A stretch of DNA of 64,000 nucleotides from an uncultured Gemmatimonadales bacterium (GTDB lineage Bacteria; Gemmatimonadota; Gemmatimonadetes; Gemmatimonadales; GWC2-71-9), in contig CAWCVB010000002.1 of the NCBI GenBank assembly GCA_963798915.1, forward strand, positions 512,001 to 576,000, in the 5' to 3' direction. This document shows, piece by piece, positions 31,500-42,433 of the stretch. A model generated the notes under the pieces. That model saw nothing but the letters and a program-made list of their open reading frames with translations. It was not told where the DNA came from and made no database searches. Position 1 is the stretch's first letter; every line of letters starts with the position of its first letter. Position numbers and translations under genes: made by a program.

Positions 31500-32301
31500 G
31501 ACCCGAGGCAGCGCATCCCGTGCGCGCAACGTGCGCCGCTAGGGCTAGACGTCGACCCTCCGCCTTGAGCGAGGGAGAGGCACTGCGCATGAGTGCGACG
31601 ATCAGCCCCTTCGGAAGCCCGGCCACACCCAAGCGCTCGACTTCTGCATGAAGGCATGCCAAGAGGCGTCGGGACACGAAGTCGTCATCTGCGACCTGTG
31701 GTTCAGGCGCCAGGAGTGCGAGTACCTCAGCCTGTCGGTGGTGGCACAGGAGCACACGTCTGACGGCCCATAGGGGGTCCTGCGCCAAGGCCAGCTGGAG
31801 CGCTGGGGGCAGGTCGGCCGATGCCGCCGCGATCTGTCGCTGGGCGATGACGGGGCTGCGCGCACACTGCACGATCAGCGTGAGCGGGAGTCGGTTGCCG
31901 GCCGCCGCGGTTACTCGGACGCGAGGCTCCGGGTCCGCAACAAGCCGCTCCAGAACGACCCATGGTAGCCCCCGCCGACGTGCCAGCACGTGGCGAACTT
32001 CGGGCGATGCGTCGGCCGAGAGGCGCGTCAGGACGTGAGACTCAACGCCGCGTCGGCGCGCGACGGCCATCCGGACAAGCGGGTGTGGGTCATTCGCGGC
32101 AAACTCCACTGCCATTTTCACGAGGCGGCCATTCCGGACTAGCGCCGCCCGGACTCGAGCATCAGGGTCGCGCCACAGCAGGTCGAGCACGAGGATCGAC
32201 GTCCGCGTGCTGGCGGCAAGGCGGCGTCGGTCCGTCATTGACCGTGCGCTCACTTGTTCGATCGGCTGGCGGAGCAGCCAGTCCAGGGAGGTGCGGGGCA
32301 T
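31500..32301 (-). pseudogene. HEAT/LRV-repeat protein with a disrupted 3' end
   Basis: Repeats DPDARVR, DPHPLVR, DASPEVR, DPEPRVR, DPLWAVR; 3' boundary approximate. Confidence 0.6.
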
Positions 32302-32594
32302 TGGGTGACTCGTTGGGATGCAAAGTGATGGAGTGGTGAACGGCGGCTGCGGTGAACTAGCTGGTCGGCGTGGCCGGGGTCCCGCGCGGCGGCCAGCTGC
32401 GACAGTCAGTTGTCGTTCGCTGAGGGGCCCAGTTCGACGCTCTCGGGGTCGTCACTCTGGCCGGCCGGGAAGCCGTGAGCCCATAGTGACCGAATGACAA
32501 GCAGCCCGAGAGCCCTGAGCCGGACTGTCTCCGATTCGGCCTCCGCTTCGTCGCCGTCAGAGGAGACACACAGCGCTCCACCCTCAATCGGGAC

Positions 32595-33275
32595 ATGGAC
32601 GCGCTCCGGGCATTCTGGCGATGGATGCTAGATAAGCGGATGGATCTGGGCATGCCGGCCGTGAACTTCAAGAAGACGGGTGAAAAGGAGCTGGAAGATC
32701 TGCGCCAGCGGGACCGGATTCGATGCCTCTCGCTGGACGAGCTGCGACGGATGGAGGCCGCAGCCGGGCCGCGGTGGCAGCCCTTCTTCACAGCGCTCTA
32801 CCAGACCGGCCTGCGAGTGGGCGAGATGCAGGGGCTCCTGTGGGGAGCGGTCACTTTGGATGGCCCGCACCCCAAGATCGAAGTCGAGGGAGAGCATCTC
32901 AAGACTGTGAGCTCCCGCAGGGATGTCGCACTCACTCAGCCGGCCGTGGCTATATTCCGCGCTCGCCGGGATGCGCTGCCCGAGCCCCCGGCCCCCGATG
33001 AGCCGGTCTGGGATGCTGGGCAGCGAAACTACGCGACGGTGCGTTCCGCCTGGGTTCGAATCCGGGCGCGCGCAAAGCTCGGGTCGGCCCGGGTGCACGA
33101 TCTGAGGCATACGTTCGGCGGCCAGATGGTGCGAGCGGGGGTCCCACTGCCGGTCATCAGGACGCTGATGGGGCATAGCAGCCCGAAGACGACCATGCGA
33201 TACTTAGAGTTCGCTGGCGAGAAGGATACCGCGATGGCTGCACGGTTGCTGGAGTCACACTTGGCCGCAGGGTGA
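32595..33275 (+). CDS. tyrosine recombinase/integrase, N-terminally truncated
   Basis: TGLRVGE, HDLRH, LMGH and TMRY catalytic set; upstream in-frame STLNRD suggests a lost 5' part. Confidence 0.88.
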   Translation: MDALRAFWRWMLDKRMDLGMPAVNFKKTGEKELEDLRQRDRIRCLSLDELRRMEAAAGPRWQPFFTALYQTGLRVGEMQGLLWGAVTLDGPHPKIEVEGEHLKTVSSRRDVALTQPAVAIFRARRDALPEPPAPDEPVWDAGQRNYATVRSAWVRIRARAKLGSARVHDLRHTFGGQMVRAGVPLPVIRTLMGHSSPKTTMRYLEFAGEKDTAMAARLLESHLAAG

Positions 33276-33371
33276 TTCCCACATGCTTCCCATTTCATGT
33301 CGGTCAACCCAGATACAGGAACAGGTTGTGCCAGCTAAGTTGTTGTTGGATAACATGAAAGAGTGCTATCC

Positions 33372-33443
<72 letters not shown>

Positions 33444-33500
33444 CTCGACAGGACGGGCGGGACGGGCAGGACGGGCGGGTTGGCAAGCGACGCCGCTCGA

Positions 33501-34877
33501 TCACTCGCTCATGGCCGGCTCGCTCAGCATCCCCGATGCGACCAACTGCAGCACTCCCACCAACGCAATCACGCTGAACACCACATGGAGCGCGCTCGCG
33601 GTTCCCTGGCTTCGCACCACCGAGCCGAACAGGCTGCCCAGCAGGGTGAGCCCCAGTAGTCCACCCAGCGCCCGGAACATGGTAATCCCCGCCGTCGCCG
33701 CTCCCACATCCCGATGGGCCACACTGGCTTGTGCCATGAGCACGGTTGGCTGCGCCGTCATGCCCAGGCCCAGTCCGGCGACGGACATGCCCACCGCCAG
33801 TATCCAGGCCGCCGCGCTTCCGGCCAGCGCAAGGACCGCGAGGCCGGCCAAGCTCAACACCGAACCGGTGATGGGAAAGATCCGGTGACGGCCAAGCCGG
33901 CTGATCAGGTGGCCGCTCACGACCGACGAGAGAAGCAGCCCACCGAAGAAGGGTGCCATCCCCAACCCGGCGGTGGACGGCTTGAAGCCACGGACCGCCT
34001 GAAGAAAGAGCGGCACGAAGGTCGAGATGCCAAGGAACGGCACGCCGCTCGCAAGACTCACGAGCACGAGGGCCATGCCATCGCGACGGCGCAGCAGTGC
34101 CGTCGGCAGGATGGGTCGCCGGGCTCGCCGCTCCACCGGCACCAGCGCGGCGCCTGCCATAATCGCCGTCGCGAACAGGCCGACGACCAGCCGGGACTTC
34201 CATGGAGTGCTGCCGCCAAGGGCGGACGCGAGCACCAGCGCACCAAGCGCGGCACCCAGCAGCAGTGCTCCCGCGACATCAGTCGTGCCGGCTTTCCTGG
34301 GCGGGGTTCGGGGCAGCGCCACGCCGACCACGCTGGCGGCCACCAACCCGATGGGCAGGTTCACATAGAAGATCCAATGCCACGACGCATGCTCAACCAG
34401 CAGACCACCAATCAGCGGGCCGGCAACGGTCGCCAATGCCACCACGGCGCCGAACCATCCCTGGATCCGCCCGCGGTCCCTTGGCGGCGCGATGTCAGCG
34501 ACCACCGCCATGGCCGTCACCGCGAGCCCCGCGGCACCGAGGCCCTGCAGCGCACGCCAGAGAATGAGCTGGCCGACCGAACCGCTCGTGCCGCAGAGCG
34601 CGGAGCCGGTCAGGAAGATTGCGATCGCGCCGAGCAACACCCGACGGCGCCCGATCTGATCACCCAGGCGCCCATGCACCGGCAGGGCGATGGTGGCGGT
34701 GAGCACGTACGCGGTGACGATCCAGGGCAGCCGGTCGGGCCGCCCGAGATCGCGCGCGATAATGGGAAGCGCCGTGACGACGATGGTCTGGTCGAGGGCA
34801 CTCAGCAGGACCACCAGCAGCAGGGCTGGTATGATGAGGCGGTGGCGCTGGATTCCCGGCCTCCCGGCTTGCGCCAT
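33501..34877 (-). CDS. DHA2 (EmrB/QacA) MFS efflux transporter
   Basis: LDQTIV..ALP, GRLGDQIGRR, RALQGLG, WHWIFYVNLP. Confidence 0.93.
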   Translation of the reverse strand: MAQAGRPGIQRHRLIIPALLLVVLLSALDQTIVVTALPIIARDLGRPDRLPWIVTAYVLTATIALPVHGRLGDQIGRRRVLLGAIAIFLTGSALCGTSGSVGQLILWRALQGLGAAGLAVTAMAVVADIAPPRDRGRIQGWFGAVVALATVAGPLIGGLLVEHASWHWIFYVNLPIGLVAASVVGVALPRTPPRKAGTTDVAGALLLGAALGALVLASALGGSTPWKSRLVVGLFATAIMAGAALVPVERRARRPILPTALLRRRDGMALVLVSLASGVPFLGISTFVPLFLQAVRGFKPSTAGLGMAPFFGGLLLSSVVSGHLISRLGRHRIFPITGSVLSLAGLAVLALAGSAAAWILAVGMSVAGLGLGMTAQPTVLMAQASVAHRDVGAATAGITMFRALGGLLGLTLLGSLFGSVVRSQGTASALHVVFSVIALVGVLQLVASGMLSEPAMSE

Positions 34878-34887
34878 GGCGGCGGAC

Positions 34888-36477
34888 TCAGGCGCGTCGG
34901 AGACCGATCGTGCTGACTGCGTGCCCGAGTGCCTTGGCAGCGTCACCCGCCAGCTCACGCGCGCGCCAGGCGATCATGCCGTCCGGTCGGACGAGCACCG
35001 CGCCTGAATCCGAGACGCCATGGAGTGGGGCCCACCGGCGGGCAGGGTCATGGGGGCCAGCCTTCGCCTCGAGTTGGTGACATGTGATTGGTACACCGGC
35101 CTTGGCCAGCTGCTCGGCCGCCTCACACCAGGCGGAACCTTGGCGGCCGGCCAGCAGAACGAATCCGCGGCCAAAGAGGTCATGCACTGGCACCGTCTGG
35201 CCGGCGATTTCCAGCGTCAGGTGCGGTGCACGACTCCCGGGCCGTCCGGTGGGATGAAAAGGATCCTCGAAAGCGGCGTCCTCGAGCGTTGGCTCCTGCA
35301 CCAGTGCGCCGTCCGGATAGAGATAGCCAAAGACCACGTCGGGATAATCGACGATCGGCGCCGGTTCAGGCAGCCGACCGGATGCATCCTTGAACCACTG
35401 CGCCAGCCGGGCCACGGCCTGCGCCACAGTATGCCGGACGACAGGGAGACGTTCGCGATCATAGCTGTCCAGCAGCGAAGCATCCGCCTGACCCTTGAGC
35501 ACAGCAGCAAGTTTCCAGGCCAGGTTATCGCCATCCTGGATGCCGGTATTGCCGCCGAACGCCCCTGTAGGCGGCATGACATGCGCCGCATCGCCCACCA
35601 GGAACACGCGGCCCTGGCGGAACCGGTCAGCCACCAGCGCGGCGACCTCCCACGGCCTGGCATCGACCAGCCGGACCGAGATATCGGACCGGCCCGCGGC
35701 CTTCTGCACCAGGTCGATGCAGCGTGACTCGCCAAAATCTTCCGGTCGCTCGCCCTTGTCGGGAGCGTACTGCAGTGCCAGCAGCCAGCGGCCGCCATTG
35801 TCCCGCGGGAGGATGCTGGCGTTGAGGTCGGTGACAAAGCACGAGGTGAAACGCCGCCCCTGCAGCAGCGGTGCGAGATCGGTCTCGAAAATGATGTTCA
35901 TCCAATGCTGCAGCCGGTCGGTGCCGCTCTGCGCGATGCCGAGCTGTTGCCGGATGGTGCCCCCATGACCGTCGGCCGCCACCATGTAGCGGGCCTCGAC
36001 CATCTCCTCGGCGCCGCTCTGATGATCCTTGATGCGGGCTCGCACACCCGAGTCATCCTGCTCGAATTCCAGCATTTCCGTGTTGAAACGAATGTCCGCG
36101 CCACGTTGCGCCGCGTGGGCCCGCAGGATCGGCTCAAGCCGATCCTGGTCGCAGGTAGCCTGCGCGGGGGCGCAGAGCGCGCTCATGTCGGGCCAGGCGG
36201 GACCACCCCACCGGACCTCCGGATCGCTGAGGTTGCGCACGGTCGCCAGTTCCTCCGTCTGGCTGGCCGTCTGGTTGGCCCGGATCTCCTCCTCGATGCC
36301 GACGGAGCGGTAGATCTCCATGCAGCGGGGCGAGATACCGCGGAACTTGTATTGCACGGTCGTGCCGGCGTGGCGCTCGACCACCAGTGGCCGAATTCCA
36401 TGATGCGAAAGTAAGAGTGCCGTGGACAGGCCGTTCAGGCTGCCGCCCACCACGAGCACGGGCGTCTCGATGGTCAT
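34888..36477 (-). CDS. FAD-dependent aromatic monooxygenase (RdmE-like)
   Basis: VVGGSLNG, ADG, GDAAHVMPPTGAFGGNTGIQD, PGSRAPH, LVRPDG. Confidence 0.93.
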   Translation of the reverse strand: MTIETPVLVVGGSLNGLSTALLLSHHGIRPLVVERHAGTTVQYKFRGISPRCMEIYRSVGIEEEIRANQTASQTEELATVRNLSDPEVRWGGPAWPDMSALCAPAQATCDQDRLEPILRAHAAQRGADIRFNTEMLEFEQDDSGVRARIKDHQSGAEEMVEARYMVAADGHGGTIRQQLGIAQSGTDRLQHWMNIIFETDLAPLLQGRRFTSCFVTDLNASILPRDNGGRWLLALQYAPDKGERPEDFGESRCIDLVQKAAGRSDISVRLVDARPWEVAALVADRFRQGRVFLVGDAAHVMPPTGAFGGNTGIQDGDNLAWKLAAVLKGQADASLLDSYDRERLPVVRHTVAQAVARLAQWFKDASGRLPEPAPIVDYPDVVFGYLYPDGALVQEPTLEDAAFEDPFHPTGRPGSRAPHLTLEIAGQTVPVHDLFGRGFVLLAGRQGSAWCEAAEQLAKAGVPITCHQLEAKAGPHDPARRWAPLHGVSDSGAVLVRPDGMIAWRARELAGDAAKALGHAVSTIGLRRA

Positions 36478-36523
36478 GACGTGGCCTCCAGTACAACGGC
36501 ATCGCGGACATCGCGATGCCATA

Positions 36524-36544
36524 TTATTTTAACCTATTCAAGTA
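36524..36544. promoter_or_regulatory. putative MarR operator
   Basis: AT-rich imperfect inverted repeat TATTTTAA...TTCAAGTA between divergent genes. Confidence 0.4.
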
Positions 36545-36590
36545 GTTCTGGCAGCGTCAAGGCAGAACCTTCCACCGGTGGAGGCGCGGG

Positions 36591-37055
36591 ATGAAAGGAG
36601 CCAGCGAGGGCAGGGCGGTGTGCGCGGCGCGCGCGTGGCAGGTCCTGTTCGACTACCTGATGGCGACGACGCCAGAGCGGAATGCGGAGCTGGAGCGGCG
36701 AGGATTGACGCCCAACGATGCGCGAGGGTTGTTCAGTCTCACCCCGCGGCGTGGCCGCCCCATCGGGGAGCTGGCGCGGGAGTGGGGCTGCGATCCCTCC
36801 AACGCCACCTACATCATCAGCCGCCTGGAGCGGGCCGGCCTGGCCGCACGGCGGCCCGACCGCGACGACCGGCGCGTCAAGCTTGTCCGCCTGACGCCAA
36901 GGGGACTCAGGACGCGGGCGAATCTGCTGGCAGAATTTCGTCGTGCGCCGCATGAACTGCTGCTGCTGAGCAACGCTGAACTGGGAACGCTGGAGCGGAT
37001 CTTCACGCAGGTACTGCGCGTGCGACGTGAGAGCACTGGCGGCGCATCGCCCTGA
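36591..37055 (+). CDS. MarR family regulator
   Basis: DPSNATYIISRLE...DRRVKLVRLTPRG. Confidence 0.92.
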   Translation: MKGASEGRAVCAARAWQVLFDYLMATTPERNAELERRGLTPNDARGLFSLTPRRGRPIGELAREWGCDPSNATYIISRLERAGLAARRPDRDDRRVKLVRLTPRGLRTRANLLAEFRRAPHELLLLSNAELGTLERIFTQVLRVRRESTGGASP

Positions 37056-37085
37056 CCGTTCCTGCGTTCGGCGTGTCATGCACCC

Positions 37086-38117
37086 CTACGTTGTCTCCCG
37101 TCCTTTCACCACCAGCCGCCCGATGGTATTCCGGTCGGTGCCGAACCAGATCGCGCCGCTCCGCGCATCGTACATCATGTTGCGGATGGTATTCTGCGCC
37201 CGCCCGCCGCCCACGTCGACGGTGTCGGTAAAGGCGGCCCGGCCCGGGTCGAAGGCCACCAACCGGTTGGGCTGCAGGCCGGTCTCGGCCACCCAGATTC
37301 GTCCTCGCCCATCGAGCGCCATGCCGTAGGGCAGGGACATGGCGCCCCCCGGGAGCGCATACTCCCGCACCTCACCGTTCCCTGGATTCAGCCGGCCGAG
37401 AAAACCCCGGGAATAATCGCCATACCAGACCATCCCGTCAGCAGTGATGGCCATGCGGCGTGGCCGGGTGCGTTGGTTCGGCAGGTCGAAGGTGCGGATC
37501 TCCATCACCTTCGGATCGATCATGCCCAGCTGGTTGGTGCCGAAGAGGTCGAACCAGACCTTGCCATCCGGCGCGATGCTGATGCCATACGGTCGGCTGC
37601 CATTGGCGGTGCGCCACAGGCGAATTCTTCCGGTCCTGGTCTCCAGGTGTCCCACGGCGTGCGACTGCTGCGCGGTGAACCATGCATTCCCTGCCTCATC
37701 GAACAGCATGGTGTGCGGATCGCGCACCGAGGAGTCGGGCATCATGTAGGTGCTGAGCTTGCCGGTGGCGGGGTCGAGCCGCACCAGCCTGGCATTCTGG
37801 TTGCCGGTAAACCACACCTCGCCCTTCGGGCTCACGACCAGGTTGTGCGGGTGGGTGCCTTCCTCAACCTCGTAGCGCTTGAACTGGCCGGTTGCGGGAT
37901 TGAGATATGCGACATAATTCCCGACCTGCCCCACAAACCATACCCGGCCCTGCGCATCCAGGAACGGATCACGTGGGCGACTGTGATCCCATGGGACGGT
38001 CCATTCGGTGAGCAGGGAATCCGGATCCGCAGATGTCGCAGATTGATCCACGGATTGCACAGGTTGCATCAATGTGATTGTCACCGCGGCGAAGGCAGGA
38101 ATGAGGACCGTCAGCAT
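37086..38117 (-). CDS. exported Vgb-like beta-propeller protein
   Basis: Signal peptide; repeated GxVWF / PYG blades. Confidence 0.85.
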   Translation of the reverse strand: MLTVLIPAFAAVTITLMQPVQSVDQSATSADPDSLLTEWTVPWDHSRPRDPFLDAQGRVWFVGQVGNYVAYLNPATGQFKRYEVEEGTHPHNLVVSPKGEVWFTGNQNARLVRLDPATGKLSTYMMPDSSVRDPHTMLFDEAGNAWFTAQQSHAVGHLETRTGRIRLWRTANGSRPYGISIAPDGKVWFDLFGTNQLGMIDPKVMEIRTFDLPNQRTRPRRMAITADGMVWYGDYSRGFLGRLNPGNGEVREYALPGGAMSLPYGMALDGRGRIWVAETGLQPNRLVAFDPGRAAFTDTVDVGGGRAQNTIRNMMYDARSGAIWFGTDRNTIGRLVVKGRETT

Positions 38118-38222
38118 GAGTACCTCTCAGGGCATATCGGTGGAGTCTAGCCCGCAGCGTGCGCGACGGCAATCAGCTGCTTCCTGCCCGTCCTGCCCGT
38201 CCTGCCCGTCCCGCCCGTCCTG

Positions 38223-41200
38223 TCAGGACGTCGCTCCCTCCGGCATCGCTTTCACCCCCTCCCGCCGCCGGCCCAGCCGCCGCTGGAACGCGTCAAGGTA
38301 GGTGTAGACCACCGGTGTGATGTAGAGCGTGATGAGTTGGGAAAAGGCCAGTCCACCCACAACCGCCACACCCAGCGGCCTCCGGGACTCGGCCCCGGCC
38401 CCGGCGCCGAGCGCAATGGGCAGGGTGCCCATGAGCGCCGCCATCGTCGTCATCATGATCGGGCGAAACCGGACCCGGGCGGCCTCGAGGATTGCCTCGC
38501 GTGCCGTAAGCCCCTGGCTGCGCTCCGCCTCGACCGCAAAATCGATCATCATGATGGCGTTCTTCTTGACAAGGCCAATCAGCATGATGATGCCGACGAA
38601 GGCATAGACGCTGAGATCCATTCGGAACACCACCAGCACCAGCAGCGCTCCGAACCCGGCGAACGGCAGCCCGGACAGGATGGTGAGCGGATGAATGAAA
38701 CTCTCGTACAGGATACCGAGGACCAGGTAGATGACAATGATGGCGAGGATCAGCAGCATCAGCAGGCCGCGTTGCGCTTCCTGGAAGGCCTGCGCCGTGC
38801 CGGAGAAGGCGGTGCTGATGCTGGATGGCAGGACCTCGCGCGCGGCCGCCTCTACGTCCGAGACCGCGGTGCCAAGTGACACGCCCGCTTCCAGGTTGAA
38901 CGACAGCGTCACCGAGGGCACCTGCCCCGAGTGGTTGACGGTCAGGGGCCCCGTACCCGGCGTCACGCTCGCAAGCGAGCCGAGTGGCACGGCGGTACCG
39001 GATCGGCCGGTGATGTGCAGCAGGTTCAGCGCCGACAGGTCCTTCTGGTACTGCGGCAGCAGCTCCATGATCACATAGTACTGATTGTTGGGCGTCAGAA
39101 TCGTGGAGATCTGCCGCGAACCGTAGGCGTTGTAGAGCGCCTGCTCGATCTGGGTGACATCAATACCAAGGGACGCCGCACGGTCGCGATTGATGGCCAC
39201 TTGCACTTGCGGGTTCTTGATCTGCAGGTCGCTGGTGACATCGGTGAGGCCGGGCAGCTGGCGCATGCGAGCCTCCATGCGTTGGGAGCCCGCATAGAGT
39301 TCATCGATGTCCGAACCCTGCAGGGTGAACTGGTACTGGCTCTTGGACCGACGGCCGCCCACGTTGATCACCGGCGGATTCTGGAGGAAAACCCGCAGGC
39401 CTGGGATGGCAGAGATCTTTCGCGTGAGCTCGCGCGCCACCTGGTCGGCGCTGAGATCGCGCTTCGACCGGTCGGTCAGGTGAATGAAGAGCCGCCCCTG
39501 GTTGGTTGACCCCTGGCCGCCGCCCACCGAGGACATGAACCCTTCAACATTGGAGTCGGCCTGGACCAGGGCCGCCGCCGCCAGCTGGTGCTGCATCATG
39601 TTGTCGAAACTGGTGCCCTCGGCGGTCTCGGTGGTGCCAAACAGCTGGCCCTGATCCTCGCTCGGGATGAAGCCCTTGGGGACGATTCTGGCGAGGAACA
39701 AGGTCGCGAGCAGGATGACGGCGCTGAAGACCATGGCCATCCCCCGCCGGTCCATCACCCAGGCGAGGCTCTGGTCATACGCGGTGGCGGTGCGCTCCCA
39801 GGCGCGCTCGGTGGTGTTGAAGAAGCGGCCGTGCTTCTCCTGCTCGGGATGCGGCTTGAGCCAGCGGCTGCAAAGCATCGGCGTGAGCGTGAGCGAGACG
39901 AAGCCCGAGACCAGGATGGCCACGCCGATGGTCACCGCGAATTCGTGGAACAGCCGGCCTACCAGCCCGCCCAGGAACAGCACCGGAATGAAGACGGCAA
40001 CGAGCGAGATCGTCATGGAAACGATCGTGAACCCGATCTCCCGGCTGCCCTTGAGCGCCGCTTCCATCACCCCTTCGCCCCGCTCGATGTGACGGACGAT
40101 GTTCTCCAGCATCACGATGGCATCGTCCACCACGAATCCCACGCACAGCGTGAGCGCCATGAGCGAGAGATTGTCCAGACTGTAGTGGAGCAGGTACATG
40201 ACGGCGAACGTGCCCACCAGTGACATGGGTAGTGCAAGGCTGGGGATAATGGTGGCGCGAATGTTCCGGAGAAACAGGAAAATCACCATCACCACCAGGC
40301 ACAGCGTGATGAAGAGCGTGGTCTTTACGTCGGTCGCCGAGTCCCGGATGGACACCGACCGGTCGTACAACGTCTGGATGTCCACCGATGCCGGCAGCTC
40401 CGGCTTGATGCGGGCGATTTCGTCCTTTACCCGCTGCGCCACGGCCACAGTGTTGGTCCCGGGCTGGCGCTGGATCGCCAGCACGATGGCGCGCTCACCA
40501 TTGTACCAGCTGGCGTTCTTGTTGTTCTCCACGCTGTCAATGACCCGGCCCAGGTCTCGGAGCCGGACCGGCGCGCCGTCCCGGTATGCCACGATCAGCT
40601 TCCCGAAATCGGCCGCGTTGGCGAGCGATCCGCTCGACTCCACCGAGTAGGCCTTGTCCGTGCCCCAGAGAATACCGGTGGGCAGGTTGGCATTGCCGTT
40701 CTGGACGGCCCGCGACACCTCGTCGATGCCGATGTTCCGGAGCGACAGCTGCTGCGGATCGAGCTGGATGCGGACGGCGTACTTCTGCGATCCGTAAACT
40801 TGCACCTGGGCCACGCCGTCGACGGTGGAGAGGTGCTGGGCCAGCGTCGTCTGGGCGTACTCATCGAGCTGCTGCAGCGGAAGCGTGCTGGTGCGCAGCG
40901 CCAGGTACAGGATGGCGCTGGCCGACGGGTCCACCTTGCGGAAACTGGGTGGAAGGATGTCCTGCGGCAGCCGGCGCAGGGTCTGCGAGATCGCCGCCTG
41001 CACATCCTGGGCGGCGGCGTCCACATCCCGGCTCAAGGTGAACTGCAGGGTGATGGATGTGCTGCCCTGGCCGCTGCTCGATGTCATGGCGTCGAGGCCG
41101 GCGATGGTCGAGAAGGTCTTTTCCAGCGGCGTGGCCACCGCCGACGCCATTGTCTCGGGACTCGCGCCCGGGAGGCTGGCATTCACGTTGATGGTGGGAT

Positions 41201-41324
41201 AATCCACGGAGGGCAGATCACTGACCGGCAGCATCCGGTATGCCACGATGCCAAACAGGAGGATACCGGCCATGACCAGGGTGGTCATGACCGGCCGGCG
41301 AATGAAGAGTGCTGCGATGTTCAT
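38223..41324 (-). CDS. RND efflux permease (MdtB/C-like)
   Basis: FIRRPV, GFVVDDAIV, KKNAIMMIDF, RFRPIMMT. Confidence 0.96.
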   Translation of the reverse strand: MNIAALFIRRPVMTTLVMAGILLFGIVAYRMLPVSDLPSVDYPTINVNASLPGASPETMASAVATPLEKTFSTIAGLDAMTSSSGQGSTSITLQFTLSRDVDAAAQDVQAAISQTLRRLPQDILPPSFRKVDPSASAILYLALRTSTLPLQQLDEYAQTTLAQHLSTVDGVAQVQVYGSQKYAVRIQLDPQQLSLRNIGIDEVSRAVQNGNANLPTGILWGTDKAYSVESSGSLANAADFGKLIVAYRDGAPVRLRDLGRVIDSVENNKNASWYNGERAIVLAIQRQPGTNTVAVAQRVKDEIARIKPELPASVDIQTLYDRSVSIRDSATDVKTTLFITLCLVVMVIFLFLRNIRATIIPSLALPMSLVGTFAVMYLLHYSLDNLSLMALTLCVGFVVDDAIVMLENIVRHIERGEGVMEAALKGSREIGFTIVSMTISLVAVFIPVLFLGGLVGRLFHEFAVTIGVAILVSGFVSLTLTPMLCSRWLKPHPEQEKHGRFFNTTERAWERTATAYDQSLAWVMDRRGMAMVFSAVILLATLFLARIVPKGFIPSEDQGQLFGTTETAEGTSFDNMMQHQLAAAALVQADSNVEGFMSSVGGGQGSTNQGRLFIHLTDRSKRDLSADQVARELTRKISAIPGLRVFLQNPPVINVGGRRSKSQYQFTLQGSDIDELYAGSQRMEARMRQLPGLTDVTSDLQIKNPQVQVAINRDRAASLGIDVTQIEQALYNAYGSRQISTILTPNNQYYVIMELLPQYQKDLSALNLLHITGRSGTAVPLGSLASVTPGTGPLTVNHSGQVPSVTLSFNLEAGVSLGTAVSDVEAAAREVLPSSISTAFSGTAQAFQEAQRGLLMLLILAIIVIYLVLGILYESFIHPLTILSGLPFAGFGALLVLVVFRMDLSVYAFVGIIMLIGLVKKNAIMMIDFAVEAERSQGLTAREAILEAARVRFRPIMMTTMAALMGTLPIALGAGAGAESRRPLGVAVVGGLAFSQLITLYITPVVYTYLDAFQRRLGRRREGVKAMPEGATS

Positions 41325-42433
41325 GCGCCCTCCCGCGGCGAAGGCGCCGCTTTCCTGACCTGCACCTTCGCGCCATCGCGCAGCAGTATTTGCCCGTCGG
41401 TCACCACCTGCGTACCGGGAGCGAGGTCGGCGGAAATGACGGCCAGACTGTCGTTGGTGCGCTGCACGGTGACCGGAACCATCGTCGCGGTGCTGTCCGG
41501 CTTGATGGCAAAGACGAATGTGCCCGATTGTCCCGAGACGACCGCCGGTGCCGGCACGGTCAGCGCGCTATCCTGCACGTACAGCCGGATCTTCACATTG
41601 ACGAACTCGCCTGGCCAGAGCGTGCCATCCTCATTGGGGAAACTGGCCTTGAGCAGAATGGTCCCGGTGGTCGTGTCCACGGCATTGTCAATGAAGGCAA
41701 ACGTGCCGGTGCTGGCTTCGCCGCCGGCGGTCGGCTCGACCCGGACCTGAAGCCGATCGTCTCGCCGCCGCTGCAGCTCAGCCAGGTTGCCGGCCGGGAC
41801 GGCGAATCGAGCGAGAATGGGCCGGATCTGGTTGATCGTCACCAGCGGTGATGGACTGGCCGCCCGGACCAGGTTGCCCTCGCGCACCAGCAGGCTCCCG
41901 GTCCGGCCACTGATTGGCGCTCGTATGGTGGCATACTGCAGGTTGAGTCGCGCCTCTTCTACGGCGGCTTCACTGGCAGCGAGCGTGGCGCCCGCCGCGA
42001 GCGCATCGGCCCGTGCCTGGTCACTCTGCTGCGCCGTCACGAATTCCTTCTCCGCCAGCGTCGCATATCGCTTGGCCTGCTGCTCCGTCTGTTCGGCGCG
42101 TGCCTTGGCGCCCGCCAGGTTGGCCTGGGCCTGCTGCAGGGAGGCCCGAAAGGGACGCGGGTCGATCTCGAACAGCACCTGCCCCTTCCGGACATTGTCG
42201 CCTTCGTGAAAAGCAACACGAACGATCTGGCCGCTCACCTGCGGTGCGACGGCCACCGACTGCACCGGCTCAATCGTGCCGGTGGCCGACAGCTCATAGG
42301 GGACCGACTGCCGCTTCACCGGGCCGATCGTCACGGGGGTGGGTGGCGCGGCGGGCGCCTTGGCGTCGCCGCATCCGCTGATCAGGAACACCAGGCTGGC
42401 GACGAATGAGGCGCGCAGGAATGGTTCAGTCAT
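41321..42433 (-). CDS. RND periplasmic adaptor (MdtA-like)
   Basis: IRAPISGRTG, DNAVDTTTGT, LWPGEFV. Confidence 0.95.
   Translation of the reverse strand: MTEPFLRASFVASLVFLISGCGDAKAPAAPPTPVTIGPVKRQSVPYELSATGTIEPVQSVAVAPQVSGQIVRVAFHEGDNVRKGQVLFEIDPRPFRASLQQAQANLAGAKARAEQTEQQAKRYATLAEKEFVTAQQSDQARADALAAGATLAASEAAVEEARLNLQYATIRAPISGRTGSLLVREGNLVRAASPSPLVTINQIRPILARFAVPAGNLAELQRRRDDRLQVRVEPTAGGEASTGTFAFIDNAVDTTTGTILLKASFPNEDGTLWPGEFVNVKIRLYVQDSALTVPAPAVVSGQSGTFVFAIKPDSTATMVPVTVQRTNDSLAVISADLAPGTQVVTDGQILLRDGAKVQVRKAAPSPREGA

Noticed and set aside
32595..33275. Integron integrase serving the attC/attI sites
   Set aside because: No IntI-specific insertion before the HxLRH box is apparent; it is adjacent to the tRNA att site
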